Shown here one piece after another: positions 1-9,701 of a stretch of 29,249 nt of DNA. This DNA is from a virus (Duplodnaviria > Caudoviricetes): the IMG/VR virus record IMGVR_UViG_3300030433_002105, positions 1 to 29,249 of that record; one strand, given 5' to 3'. Numbering within the stretch: the stretch's first letter is position 1; every line of letters begins with the position of its first letter. The notes under the pieces were generated by a model that was not told where the DNA came from, searched no databases, and saw only the letters and a list, made by a program, of their open reading frames with translations. A program made the translations under genes and the position numbers.

Positions 1-4
1 TCTT

Positions 5-68
5 ACCTCTCACCCCGCTTTCTGCTTGGGGCTGACCTTCCAGCAAGATTGAGCGCGCCCCTTATAAG
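5..68 (-). promoter_or_regulatory. Putative leftward archaeal-type promoter and RBS for a gene starting just outside the window
   Basis: Palindromic TATA-like CTTATAAG at 61-68. The reverse complement of 5-16 reads GGGGTGAGAGGT, the same GGTGA/GAGGT RBS type used by plus-strand genes. Confidence 0.4.
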
Positions 69-85
69 CAAAAGGCCAAATCGCG

Positions 86-379
86 GGTTGTCGGTCTTTC
101 GCGTTCTTGCCGCGAAGGAGTGCAAGAACACGCGACAACCGTATGGTTGGAGCGAGCGCGATGGAATCGTCTCTCGCGACAAGCCGCGCGATAGTGTGCC
201 GCGAAAGCGATGACTGCGCGACTGTTTCGCGCTCGTAAGCAACATGGGCGATTAGCGCGATGCTGAATCGCGCCTCGCTCGCGCTCAACGCTTCGCTCGC
301 GCCGCCCGCTCGCTACCGCTCGCGGCGCAATTTGCCCCCGCGTTAGCCGGAGTCGCGCTCGCGCCGCGGCAATTTGCCC
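86..379. repeat. GC-rich non-coding region with nested inverted repeats, 5x CGCTCGC and 2x GCAATTTGCCC
   Basis: Stems at 86-93/133-140, 103-110/122-129, 153-161/227-235 and 248-253/266-271. CGCTCGC at 276, 294, 307, 317 and 356. GCAATTTGCCC at 327 and 369. Confidence 0.75.
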
Positions 380-495
380 TCCTTAACCGCGTGCGAAATA
401 CAGACAATTTTTTCATGGGGGTCAAAAAAAAATCTCGCGAAAAAAATAATCATAACCGCTATCTTCAAGGGCAAGGTTGCTATCCGATATACCAC

Positions 496-3400
496 ATGGC
501 TCGCTTCGTTCGTATTTTGAAGGCCACGAAACGGCAAGAGAAAGACGAGCGCAAACGCAAGAGGGACGAGCAAAGAGCGGCACGCAAAGCCAAGAAAAAA
601 GCGCGACAAGATAAGAAACGACAGGTGCGCGTAGTTGATACTCCACCAGCCGAGGAAGAACCACCGAAGGCTGAACCCGAACCGCCCAAAGAAGAGCCGC
701 CCAAAGAGGAAGCACCAAAGGCTAAACCTCCGGCGCGCGAAGAAGGTGGACGACGAAGAAAAATAGGTAAGAGCGAGCAGGGTTTCAAGTCTTTACAGCC
801 TTACATGAACAGGCTGATGGAAAGGCACGACGCTGGTGAAATTGACATAGTGGACCTATACACCAATATCATTAACGCGAACAATATTTTGATTGGTCAA
901 GCACTTGGTATGGATGAAGATGCGATTAACGAAGCGCAGGGAGACATACCCGCGATTATGTCGGAGCCGTTGATTAACGGTCCAGTCATGATGCACTTGC
1001 AAAGAATGTCAAATAAATACCCGGAACTGAAAGAAGTCCGCGCGGAAGATGAAGAGGACAACGGTAGTTTGCAAGAGTTGATGGAAGCAACAAAAGGCAT
1101 ACGGGCTGACATTTCATCGTTCATCGCGGACCCAATAAATATGGGAAGGCCGCACCAACAAAAAGACATCAAAGGCATTTACGATTTGTTGGCTCGCTTT
1201 AATCACCCATTGGCTATAACGCTCGCGGAAGAAATACCGAAGAGTGAAAGGATTGCACCAAATTACAAACCAAGACGACCTCGCAAGATACGCGTTAGGG
1301 GAAGAATGACCGACCCTTCGTTTGAAGAAGAGATGAACCGTTTAGCGCGTGAACAGTCGGAGTTGTTACAGGTCGGAACCAAAGATGACAAACGAGTTAC
1401 ACGCCCGGAAACAAAAGCGCGAAGGGCAACCGAGATGTATGACCAATTCTTCTCACAGACCGACATTGACCGTGGACCTAAGAAACAAACTGGTATTGTT
1501 GTCAAACCACCAAGCACCGCGATGACGAAAGATATTCTTGAGAAAGTCAAACAAATCGGCGTTGAAGAATCACTTGACGACAAGGGTGCATTCAACAGTT
1601 TACAAAACAAGTTCAACAATTTTATGATTTCATTGACAGGGAACAAAGCGTTCGGAACATCGGGGCGCGCGGGTAGGTTTGGTGGCGAGATTGAAGTTGG
1701 TCGCGCACCAAACGCACTTACGCCCTCTATGGCAGAAGTTGGTAGGCAACTGGGTATTGGTATGCCAGCACCAAACATACCGGACACGATGCTCAAACCT
1801 CACTTACAAGGCAAAAGCCCGTTCAGCATGGATTTGCGCAACGACTTGGCTGAAGAGTTAAGTGTTATGGATATAACAGGTTTCCACCCGTCGCTTGTGT
1901 CATCATTAAGTGAAGACGGATTGTTAAGCACTTTGTTTGGTGATAAAAGGGCCGAAACGACTGAAGGTGCTGGGCCGGGTGGCTCACAGGAAGAAATCGC
2001 TCAACGAGCCAGCGAAGCGCGGAGACAAAGAATTGGTGGTGTTGCAACCGAGGCATCTTTGATGGCACCCGAAGATGAACTCGCGGCCATTCAAGGAAAA
2101 AGAGTAATGACACCAACTCAAAAGTTGGCTGAACTTGAGCGCAGGTTACAACAAGGCGACATTGATGACTACGAATACGAGATGCAAAGAGCCGCAATCG
2201 GGATGAATAAACACAAGATTGACAGCGATAAAGCACTCGGTGGTTTGATTGGTGATGACTTTGAGGTTGGACACGCATTCCACGGTTTGAATGAAAATCA
2301 AATCATGGAGCGAAGTCAAGGATTTGTTGACAATCTTATTGGTATGGGTCGTGTTATACGAGAATTAAGATACGACGCACATAGATTAGCCGGTGCTGAA
2401 TCAGCCGAAGAAAAGCAAGAGATTGACAACAAATTGAAGGCGTTGGGGTTAGACGCTGAACATCTCATCGCGTTCGGTGATATTGAGAACGCGACGCTTG
2501 AGGACAAAAAGCGATACACTAAACTTGACAACATCATGAAAGGTAAATTGAGTCAAGTCATGCCAAGACTGACTTCACAGATTAGCCGACAGCACAAGAT
2601 GATGGAAAGAATCGGTTTGAATGATGTTGATATTGTTAACGCGGCTATGCAATACGCTAACGCTGACATGAGTGTAAACGGTTACAAAGACGCATTCATG
2701 AGTCTGTTAACACAAAAAAGAAAAGACGGCAACTTGAATACATACCCGATTTACCGTTTGTTGCAATACCTACAAAAGAAGGGTATTCGCGAAGCAATTG
2801 ATGAAGAACATCATCAAAAGGTGATGGAACAACAAGAGAGGTTTAGACGAAACCACGAAGCGCGTCAAACAGAAAGAGAAATGGGTAGTTTCAGTAAGGG
2901 TGGTGTGGATTTGATGAGTCCGCAACCCGAACATCTTGAACATCTTTTGCATACCCCGGAAGAATGTTTGTCGTGCCACCCCGATAGGTTCGGAAACCGA
3001 ACCGCAGAAGAAGCAAGATTGCATTCGCCGTTCAAGAGGGATAGAACACCCTTCGCGCATAAATCAATCACCATGCCTATTTTGACTGATTACAAGAAAG
3101 GTGTAGGACAGGGCGATGCGCGCTTGTTTGCAATAGCACCGGAAGGTCAAACTTCTCTTGCCTCTATTGTCAATCACATTTACCCCGGAAGACTCAACAT
3201 TAAACAACTGTTAGCAGAAGCAGAAAGGGTCAAAGAAGACCCTAAAAGAAAAATTAGCGATTGGCGCAATGATAAAACCAAAAAATACAAACGACTCATC
3301 AAAGATGCTGTCATAACAGGTAATCCACGCGCGGCAAACATTTACAAAAAGTTCGGACTTTACAAGACGATTGAGAACGCCATCGCGACAGGACCAGCGG

Positions 3401-6400
3401 GTATGAGCAACAAAGAATTGGTTGCCGCTTCATTCCTCATGAACAACGATGATGCAATTGACAAGCACCAAGAATCTCACCGTAAAAAGACACTGATGGC
3501 TACGCGATACAATGCTTTGCTTGATGCTGTGGATTTCATGAAAGAGTTAACCGAAGGGGAATACGGCGGTAAAGAATACAAGCCGGGTGCATTGAAAAGC
3601 GAATCAGTAAGACGCGCACTTATTGGTGAAATGTTGACTGAACCGATTAGCAAGGTGCAAAGTGCGAACAAATCTATCTTGAGAGCAAAAAGGGTTCTTG
3701 CTACTCTTGAGCCGTTGTATCGTCAATACTTGGATGAAAATGCTGACTATCAAGAGAAGTTGGCTGAAACAAAAATGAAGGAAGAAGTTGACGAAGACGG
3801 ACAAAAACGAATGGTTCGCGGACAATACATGGAACCAGCGCAAATTAAAATCATTGAAGAGTTGGGTAAAAAGATTGACAAGAAATACAACAGGATGTTG
3901 TTAAGTCGTAAGAACCAATTGACAAACATAAGACGCGCTGAAAAGAAAAAAGAGAAGTTCAAAAACGCAAGCGACGAATCACTTGCACGCGCAAACGAGT
4001 TCATGCTCGGTGCTTTCATCAAAGGTGGTGGCGAGATAGCCAAGATGCTATCCAGCAAAAAAGAGAGAGGAACCGAGTTCCATACTACCGTTGGATTCCT
4101 GTCCGAGTTGCATAAGAAATTGTATGAAGATGATGATTTTGATTCTATTCATCGCGCTGATGTCAACGGCAACTTGAGTCGCGACTTCACTCACTCATTG
4201 GATAAATACAAAATGGGTAGGTTTGGCGACATGGCTGGAACTGGCATCATGGCTCATACGAACAACAAAGCATTACCGCGTATCAACAGTATCAATCAAC
4301 TGCTTGCTCATCGTATTCAAATGGGGTTCCCGTTAACAGAAGAAGACATTGAGCGCGCAAAAGAGATGATGTTTGATGCTGAAATGACGGATGCGGTTGA
4401 CGACAGTGAGTTCAACGATTGGGCTTCCAGTCTTTTGACCGATGAAGAGATTGCGAGAATAAACACATCGGAGAAAAAACATCATCATCACGATGGCGGT
4501 CCAAACGAATTAGGGTTGCTTACAGAAGAAGAGGCGGCGCGAAGGGAGCAAAACTCCCACTTTACAAAAGGTAGTGAAAGGAATATTGAGCGAGGCATAA
4601 TGGCCGCAAACAAACTAACAAGCAATTGGCGACAACATGCTCCAACACTATGCGGCACATGTCATGGTCATCGCTTCGTCACGAAAGATGAAGCGATTTC
4701 ATTCTTGCGTCATCGCATACCCGAATTGCAAAATGAAAACAGAAATAGTCCGAGGATGATGAAATACATAGCGGACAATCTGCGTCCGCGTGGTGCGGAT
4801 TCATTCGCAAACCATCCTATGGCTGATGAAATGGATGACCACGACCATGAACAATACGCGTGTCCAGCATGTGAACATACTGCTGATTATGTTCAAGGTG
4901 GCAAATGTAGCAACGGGCTATGTCCCGATTGTCTCGGTCATGGTGTCCGCGACCCAACAGACGAAGAGCATATCCACGATGGCTATATAGACGCGGATGG
5001 AAACAAAGTGGACGGTAAAAACCATCACTATTCGCACAACGGCGCAGTAGCCGCGAAAGTTGACCATCTCAACCAACTGCTATTTGGACAACTCGGTATG
5101 ATGCAAAGCGGTAAGATACCCAAGTTCCTACAAGATGTTATCACCCCTGCATCACCAATATGGCAACAGTATGGCGATTATGTTGACACAGGTAAATACA
5201 AAACGATTGAGGATAAAAGAGAAGCCGCGCGAAAGAAAGAGTTGGAACCGTTAGAAATTGACCCCGACGCACCGGAGATACCAAGCGCGCCACACATAAG
5301 AGATAGCCGCGAACACTCTTTGCTTCCCGAAAAACCCGGCGCAAAAGTGATTGATTTTAGTCAAATCGGCGCACAACCGATTGACTTCGGTGAAGAAACA
5401 ACAGAACCGATGCAAGATATACCAACATTGCGCGAAACACTCACAGGTGTTCATCAAACAGCGACGAAGAATCATGAGAAAATCATGCTCCAAAAGCATG
5501 TTGACCGCTTAGAAAAAATGGGTATAGCCGCGCAAGAAGCAGAAGGCGACGAAGAAGGAATCAAAGCGATTAAAGATTTGGCGAATGAAATAAGAAACGA
5601 CCCCGCGTTCATCAATGGTGATGTTCACGGACATGACTACATGGATGACCACCCTACGCTCAACAAGATACACAAACTCCAAGAGATGGCGGAATCGTTC
5701 TTTGTGGTCGGAGGTAAATACGATAGAAGGCAAATCCCTTACAACCGAAAAGGAAGACTAACGCCAACAATGGAAGAGATATTCACCAATCAAGGACCAA
5801 TGACATTCGGTGATTATGAGCCGTTAAGCCCGATGCATGGACACATGCTCACTGGTCCCGAAATTGACGAAGGTTTGTTTGAACCGGGTGCAACACATTC
5901 ACCAAAACCAATAACCTTGAAGCATTTGAGACAACTATTCCGCGGGAACAAAGAAGCGCAACGGCTTATCACTCGCCGCGAGAACTTTGAAAAGTTTGAC
6001 ACAGACAAGTTGAAGAAAGTAGCATCCGCGCTTGAAGGAATTGACAAACCGTTAGTTGCGCGCAAAACAACTAATTTGAGAAGCGACTCGCTGGATACCT
6101 TGCTGAAAGAATACGGTGAAGACCCAATGAAACAGGAAATGTCAATCCACGCTCCCACATACAGCGACGAAACAATGGCGGCATTCAAAGAAGCAGGGGC
6201 TACTGATGTTAACTCAATATTGACCGCACCAAATAAAAATAAACAAAACCGCGCGATAAACGAAACTTACATCAGCGAGTTAAATGGTTCAATCAAAGAG
6301 TTATGGCAAGAATATGTCTTGCGAACAGCAATGAGAACATTCATGTCGCGTGTAAACAATCCTCTTGATTTCCCGAAGTTGCCGGATAATTTATCCCCTT

Positions 6401-7188
6401 CTAACATGAAGTCAATTGTTGGTGAAGATGCGAGTCTGTTCAAGATGATAAAAGATGAGGCCGCAAAACTTTGTGGATACGAGAACGAAGATGAGTTTGG
6501 CAAGAAGGTCAATTTAGCAACGCGAATAACCATCACAGACGGTAAAGGCAGAAGTGTGCAAGAATTGAATCCAAAAGAGTTCAAGGCTGATGTTATGCAA
6601 AACGCGAATCATGAAGACATCAAGGAGTTGCCAATGGGTGTCGTCCAATACACAAGGGATGAGAATGATGAGATAACAGGCGCGCAGTTTGTTCCAACAG
6701 AAGCCAGCAAAATTATGACAAATGCACAGCAGTTGGCTTATTCACCCGAAGATGATATGCAATTCAAAGGTATGCAGAAGTCCGCGGAATATCACCGCTA
6801 TCCAAACTGGTATCATAGAGATACGATACGCGACATACTCGCTGGTCAAGAAGGCAAAGAAGATGGTTTTGCTAATCACGCTGAATTAGCCACAGCGTTT
6901 GCGAACGGATTGCTACCCGAAGAATTGAACAATAGAATCAAAGAGTCAATGATTTTGTCCAAGTTGTCGCATGTAACACATCAACACCAAAATTACGGTG
7001 ATATGTTGGGTTATGATTTCGCGAAAGAACAGTTGCAAGAAGCAGAACGAAGAAGAAGAGTGTCCGGTCCTATGACTCCTATGCCACCGGCACCTCAATC
7101 GCCACTGTTACAGCCTCAACCCCAACCTCAACCCCAACCGAGCGCGACCGTCGCACAACCAATTGATTTCGGAGAAGATTCTCAATAA
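496..7188 (+). CDS. Giant (~2230 aa) hypothetical protein, probably virion-associated, with a Cys/His-rich zinc-binding segment
   Basis: Uninterrupted ORF open from 391. ATG 496 is preferred because 391-495 consists of A/T tracts with a promoter-like CTTCAAGG at 463. The N-terminus is basic and followed by a PE/PK-rich linker. CxxC motifs lie at 2965, 4651, 4861 and 4921, and the C-terminus has a PQ repeat plus AQPIDFGE. Confidence 0.85.
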   Translation: MARFVRILKATKRQEKDERKRKRDEQRAARKAKKKARQDKKRQVRVVDTPPAEEEPPKAEPEPPKEEPPKEEAPKAKPPAREEGGRRRKIGKSEQGFKSLQPYMNRLMERHDAGEIDIVDLYTNIINANNILIGQALGMDEDAINEAQGDIPAIMSEPLINGPVMMHLQRMSNKYPELKEVRAEDEEDNGSLQELMEATKGIRADISSFIADPINMGRPHQQKDIKGIYDLLARFNHPLAITLAEEIPKSERIAPNYKPRRPRKIRVRGRMTDPSFEEEMNRLAREQSELLQVGTKDDKRVTRPETKARRATEMYDQFFSQTDIDRGPKKQTGIVVKPPSTAMTKDILEKVKQIGVEESLDDKGAFNSLQNKFNNFMISLTGNKAFGTSGRAGRFGGEIEVGRAPNALTPSMAEVGRQLGIGMPAPNIPDTMLKPHLQGKSPFSMDLRNDLAEELSVMDITGFHPSLVSSLSEDGLLSTLFGDKRAETTEGAGPGGSQEEIAQRASEARRQRIGGVATEASLMAPEDELAAIQGKRVMTPTQKLAELERRLQQGDIDDYEYEMQRAAIGMNKHKIDSDKALGGLIGDDFEVGHAFHGLNENQIMERSQGFVDNLIGMGRVIRELRYDAHRLAGAESAEEKQEIDNKLKALGLDAEHLIAFGDIENATLEDKKRYTKLDNIMKGKLSQVMPRLTSQISRQHKMMERIGLNDVDIVNAAMQYANADMSVNGYKDAFMSLLTQKRKDGNLNTYPIYRLLQYLQKKGIREAIDEEHHQKVMEQQERFRRNHEARQTEREMGSFSKGGVDLMSPQPEHLEHLLHTPEECLSCHPDRFGNRTAEEARLHSPFKRDRTPFAHKSITMPILTDYKKGVGQGDARLFAIAPEGQTSLASIVNHIYPGRLNIKQLLAEAERVKEDPKRKISDWRNDKTKKYKRLIKDAVITGNPRAANIYKKFGLYKTIENAIATGPAGMSNKELVAASFLMNNDDAIDKHQESHRKKTLMATRYNALLDAVDFMKELTEGEYGGKEYKPGALKSESVRRALIGEMLTEPISKVQSANKSILRAKRVLATLEPLYRQYLDENADYQEKLAETKMKEEVDEDGQKRMVRGQYMEPAQIKIIEELGKKIDKKYNRMLLSRKNQLTNIRRAEKKKEKFKNASDESLARANEFMLGAFIKGGGEIAKMLSSKKERGTEFHTTVGFLSELHKKLYEDDDFDSIHRADVNGNLSRDFTHSLDKYKMGRFGDMAGTGIMAHTNNKALPRINSINQLLAHRIQMGFPLTEEDIERAKEMMFDAEMTDAVDDSEFNDWASSLLTDEEIARINTSEKKHHHHDGGPNELGLLTEEEAARREQNSHFTKGSERNIERGIMAANKLTSNWRQHAPTLCGTCHGHRFVTKDEAISFLRHRIPELQNENRNSPRMMKYIADNLRPRGADSFANHPMADEMDDHDHEQYACPACEHTADYVQGGKCSNGLCPDCLGHGVRDPTDEEHIHDGYIDADGNKVDGKNHHYSHNGAVAAKVDHLNQLLFGQLGMMQSGKIPKFLQDVITPASPIWQQYGDYVDTGKYKTIEDKREAARKKELEPLEIDPDAPEIPSAPHIRDSREHSLLPEKPGAKVIDFSQIGAQPIDFGEETTEPMQDIPTLRETLTGVHQTATKNHEKIMLQKHVDRLEKMGIAAQEAEGDEEGIKAIKDLANEIRNDPAFINGDVHGHDYMDDHPTLNKIHKLQEMAESFFVVGGKYDRRQIPYNRKGRLTPTMEEIFTNQGPMTFGDYEPLSPMHGHMLTGPEIDEGLFEPGATHSPKPITLKHLRQLFRGNKEAQRLITRRENFEKFDTDKLKKVASALEGIDKPLVARKTTNLRSDSLDTLLKEYGEDPMKQEMSIHAPTYSDETMAAFKEAGATDVNSILTAPNKNKQNRAINETYISELNGSIKELWQEYVLRTAMRTFMSRVNNPLDFPKLPDNLSPSNMKSIVGEDASLFKMIKDEAAKLCGYENEDEFGKKVNLATRITITDGKGRSVQELNPKEFKADVMQNANHEDIKELPMGVVQYTRDENDEITGAQFVPTEASKIMTNAQQLAYSPEDDMQFKGMQKSAEYHRYPNWYHRDTIRDILAGQEGKEDGFANHAELATAFANGLLPEELNNRIKESMILSKLSHVTHQHQNYGDMLGYDFAKEQLQEAERRRRVSGPMTPMPPAPQSPLLQPQPQPQPQPSATVAQPIDFGEDSQ
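7111..7140 (+). repeat. Coding tandem repeat encoding (QP)5
   Basis: cagcctcaaccccaacctcaaccccaaccg. Confidence 0.8.
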
Positions 7189-7308
7189 TATCGTTTTCTT
7201 CTTACAATCATAATTACTATATTACTCTCATAATAATTTGATAATATTGATAAAAGGGTGAATCAACATGCTTATGTAGCGTTCGCGACACGCACTACGC
7301 ATGGAGGT
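7189..7308 (+). promoter_or_regulatory. AT-rich intergenic region with a putative U-rich terminator, a promoter and the RBS for the membrane/GTPase operon
   Basis: TTTTCTTCTT at 7194-7203 follows the stop codon. 7201-7255 is very AT-rich, CTTATGTA lies at 7271, and GGAGGT at 7303-7308 precedes ATG 7317. Confidence 0.55.
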
Positions 7309-7316
7309 TGGTTGTT

Positions 7317-7838
7317 ATGCAAGAGCGCACGCCACAGAATAAGGATGAATTGAGAGTATTGGGATTGATTTCTTTCGTTAGCATATTGGTTGGTTGTTCT
7401 ATTGCGGTATTTGACGCGGGGTTGTGGTTGAAAGATGACTCAACTTACACAAACGCGATAACATACACGATGGGCGCGTTCACTTTGCAGGGAATGGCTT
7501 ACTTCATTTACAAAATGCTCGCACAAGACGGTATGGACCAGCGCGCAATCATTTCAAATATGCAAAGAAACATGTCACGACAGATGCAAAGCCAACAAAT
7601 GCGATTCGCGCAAGCACAAATGGACATGGAAATCAAGAAACAAGAGGTCGCTTTCGCGAAACAACTTGAAGAGTTGGAGAAAGACCCCGAAGTTCAACAA
7701 TATCTTGGTTTGATGAGTGGTGAAGTTGACCCGGAAACACCAGCGCACAAAGCAAACACCAAAAAATCACTCAATTTGGGTAGTGCTGGGCGCAAGCGTA
7801 ACGCTGACGGAACATACGCGAAGAGCAAAAAGGAGTGA
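7317..7838 (+). CDS. Membrane protein with 2 predicted TM helices and a cytoplasmic Q/M-rich coiled coil
   Basis: Hydrophobic segments VLGLISFVSILVGCSIAVFDAGLW and AITYTMGAFTLQGMAYFIYKML, then a heptad-like QMRFAQAQMDMEIKKQEVAFAKQLEELEK. GGAGGT RBS 8 nt before ATG 7317. Confidence 0.85.
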   Translation: MQERTPQNKDELRVLGLISFVSILVGCSIAVFDAGLWLKDDSTYTNAITYTMGAFTLQGMAYFIYKMLAQDGMDQRAIISNMQRNMSRQMQSQQMRFAQAQMDMEIKKQEVAFAKQLEELEKDPEVQQYLGLMSGEVDPETPAHKANTKKSLNLGSAGRKRNADGTYAKSKKE

Positions 7839-7843
7839 AACAG

Positions 7844-8080
7844 ATGGGTTGGTTGTTCAAAACACCCAGTGATGATGCGACGGAAGCCACGCTACGCGCT
7901 TTACATACCCAAAACACTCTTGATACCTATTACGAAAAGGGCAAAGCGTTGGTTTTTTGCATAATTACCGGATTTGTTACTGCATTGAGCGTGTCTTGGT
8001 TTGAACAATCAAGCGATGTGAGCATTTGGGACAACACAGTGGAGTGGTTTATCAACAAAATCCGCGGTTGGGTGGGGTGA
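7844..8080 (+). CDS. Small single-TM membrane protein
   Basis: GGAGTGA RBS before ATG 7844. TM segment ALVFCIITGFVTALSVSWF and an amphipathic C-terminus IWDNTVEWFINKIRGWVG. Confidence 0.8.
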   Translation: MGWLFKTPSDDATEATLRALHTQNTLDTYYEKGKALVFCIITGFVTALSVSWFEQSSDVSIWDNTVEWFINKIRGWVG

Positions 8081-8803
8081 TTGGTTGCAACATTCGCCGG
8101 TAGCGCACTCATGGGTGCTGTTGTTTACGGGCGTGAACTTTACAATTTCATCAAACCGCGAAGAATTGGTGTTTACGGACCAACACAGGTGGGAAAAACC
8201 ACACTTGACCAATTTATGCGCACACCGGGAGAAATGGACGATATAGAGGAACGAACTATGCACCCAAAACGACTACTTGGTGGGGGTTATGTGCTTCCTA
8301 AAGCGACACGAAAGCGTCTTCGCTGGCAAGGAGAGAAAAGAGTTGTTCATTCAGCCGATATTGGTGGTCAACAACGCTTTTGGAACCTGTGGATTGACGA
8401 TATGGTTGACAGGCAGGTTGAAATTGTTATATTCATGACTGATACGCGCGTTTTACGAGGCAACGGTGCGCAAGTTATTGACGCAGTGGGTGGTTTTGAG
8501 TATCTTGTTGACGCGATGATTGAAAAAAGATGGAAATATCGCTCATTGAAGTCAAGATTACGCGGTAAACGCTATGCTCCTAAGCAGATTTGGCTTGTTG
8601 CAAACAAAGCAGACGAATGGTGGGATGACAACGCGAACATTTTGTGGCAATCTAACCGTTTACGAGAACATAAAGTGTTTGATTCACACCGCCCAGCCAT
8701 GCGGAGACTCCAAAAAGCAGGTATTCCGTGTCGCGTTAGCATGATGGCGACTAAAATTGGCTGGAATGTTGAAAAAACGATGATTGAGATGTTAAGTTGG
8801 TGA
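8081..8803 (+). CDS. Ras-superfamily small GTPase, Arf/Sar/Arl-like
   Basis: G1 GPTQVGKTT, a G2-like Thr (ERT), G3 DIGGQ followed by RFWNLW, a hydrophobic strand IVIFMTD, G4 LVANKAD, a G5-like MATK..GWNV, and an N-terminal hydrophobic/amphipathic helix. Confidence 0.88.
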   Translation: MVATFAGSALMGAVVYGRELYNFIKPRRIGVYGPTQVGKTTLDQFMRTPGEMDDIEERTMHPKRLLGGGYVLPKATRKRLRWQGEKRVVHSADIGGQQRFWNLWIDDMVDRQVEIVIFMTDTRVLRGNGAQVIDAVGGFEYLVDAMIEKRWKYRSLKSRLRGKRYAPKQIWLVANKADEWWDDNANILWQSNRLREHKVFDSHRPAMRRLQKAGIPCRVSMMATKIGWNVEKTMIEMLSW

Positions 8804-8807
8804 TAAA

Positions 8808-9692
8808 ATGCTTGGAAATACACCCCAAAATGACCTATTACGCCTTGCCGCACAGACACAAATGAGCCTTGCACAGATGCAACAACAGGCTACTGCACAG
8901 GCCGCGATGAGTAATGCAAGTGAACATATTGAGGTTCCGCAGGTCAATTTTTACCCTTCACAGCACCCAAACCCCAAAAAAGCGCGCCGAAAAGACATAA
9001 AACAGGCATATAAACTCCTAAAACCGACAAAAAGGAGTATTTTTTCTCCGCGAAGGTGGTTATTTGGTGGAAAATACCGATATAACACCAATACAATGCG
9101 TTGTGTTATTGATGGAGCGGATGTTGAACACCTTTTGAGACACGCTGGCAACATATATGAGCAGGTGATTGACGAAGAAACCGGCCAATCTTTGTGGGAT
9201 TTATACTTCAAAAATCCCGTCACAGGGGAGGTTGAAGCCTTTGTAGCGCGAGAAAATGTCACCAGTGGACGCAAAATGCGCGGAACTTACTGCCCGGAAC
9301 ACCTACATTTGTATCATTTGTTATGCAAATGGGAGAAAGAAGAAGAGAAAGAGCAAGAAGCAAACACTGGGACACTCAAAGCCAAGTTGAAAAAGGGTGT
9401 TTCAACTGTTGCTGTGCCAATAAGTAGCATCAAAAAGAAGGATAACACACCTCCGATACTGGCGAAATACGAGCCATTCTTTCAAATGCTCAAACAAGAC
9501 AACATTCCAATCACTCATTTGACAAACTCGGCGACAGGAATGAATGATTTGGTAATGGTTGTGTTTGATATGCGCCAATTCCAAGCAGGGAACAACGCAA
9601 GGTTGCTGTTTGACGCTCTCGCGATGCATCAAGCGCAACAACAAAGCGCGCCTCTTCCATTACCGACAGAATCAAATGATGGGAGCGCGTGA
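8808..9692 (+). CDS. Hypothetical protein with Q/A-rich ends and a possible degenerate Zn site (CVIDG ... YCPEH)
   Basis: 294-aa ORF with a GGTGAT RBS, 4 nt after the GTPase stop codon. Confidence 0.8.
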   Translation: MLGNTPQNDLLRLAAQTQMSLAQMQQQATAQAAMSNASEHIEVPQVNFYPSQHPNPKKARRKDIKQAYKLLKPTKRSIFSPRRWLFGGKYRYNTNTMRCVIDGADVEHLLRHAGNIYEQVIDEETGQSLWDLYFKNPVTGEVEAFVARENVTSGRKMRGTYCPEHLHLYHLLCKWEKEEEKEQEANTGTLKAKLKKGVSTVAVPISSIKKKDNTPPILAKYEPFFQMLKQDNIPITHLTNSATGMNDLVMVVFDMRQFQAGNNARLLFDALAMHQAQQQSAPLPLPTESNDGSA

Positions 9693-9701
9693 GGTGGTAT
9701 C

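Noticed and set aside
270-380. CRISPR array or tRNA in the GC-rich repeat region
   Set aside because: The repeats are 7-11 nt with irregular spacing, there is no repeat-spacer periodicity, and I see no cloverleaf with a TTCRA loop.
391-495. GTG 391 start given by the ORF track
   Set aside because: The segment is made of A/T homopolymer tracts and a promoter-like element. ATG 496 is more plausible.
2965-4665. Two CxxCH motifs (CLSCH, CGTCH) suggesting a c-type cytochrome
   Set aside because: There is no signal peptide or cytochrome context. CGTCHGH fits the neighbouring CxxCxGxG zinc-ribbon pattern better.
496-7188. Giant protein as a virion RNA polymerase
   Set aside because: I found no DxDGD/NADFDGD motif or T7-type polymerase motifs. 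RADVNGN and IDADGN are only superficial look-alikes.
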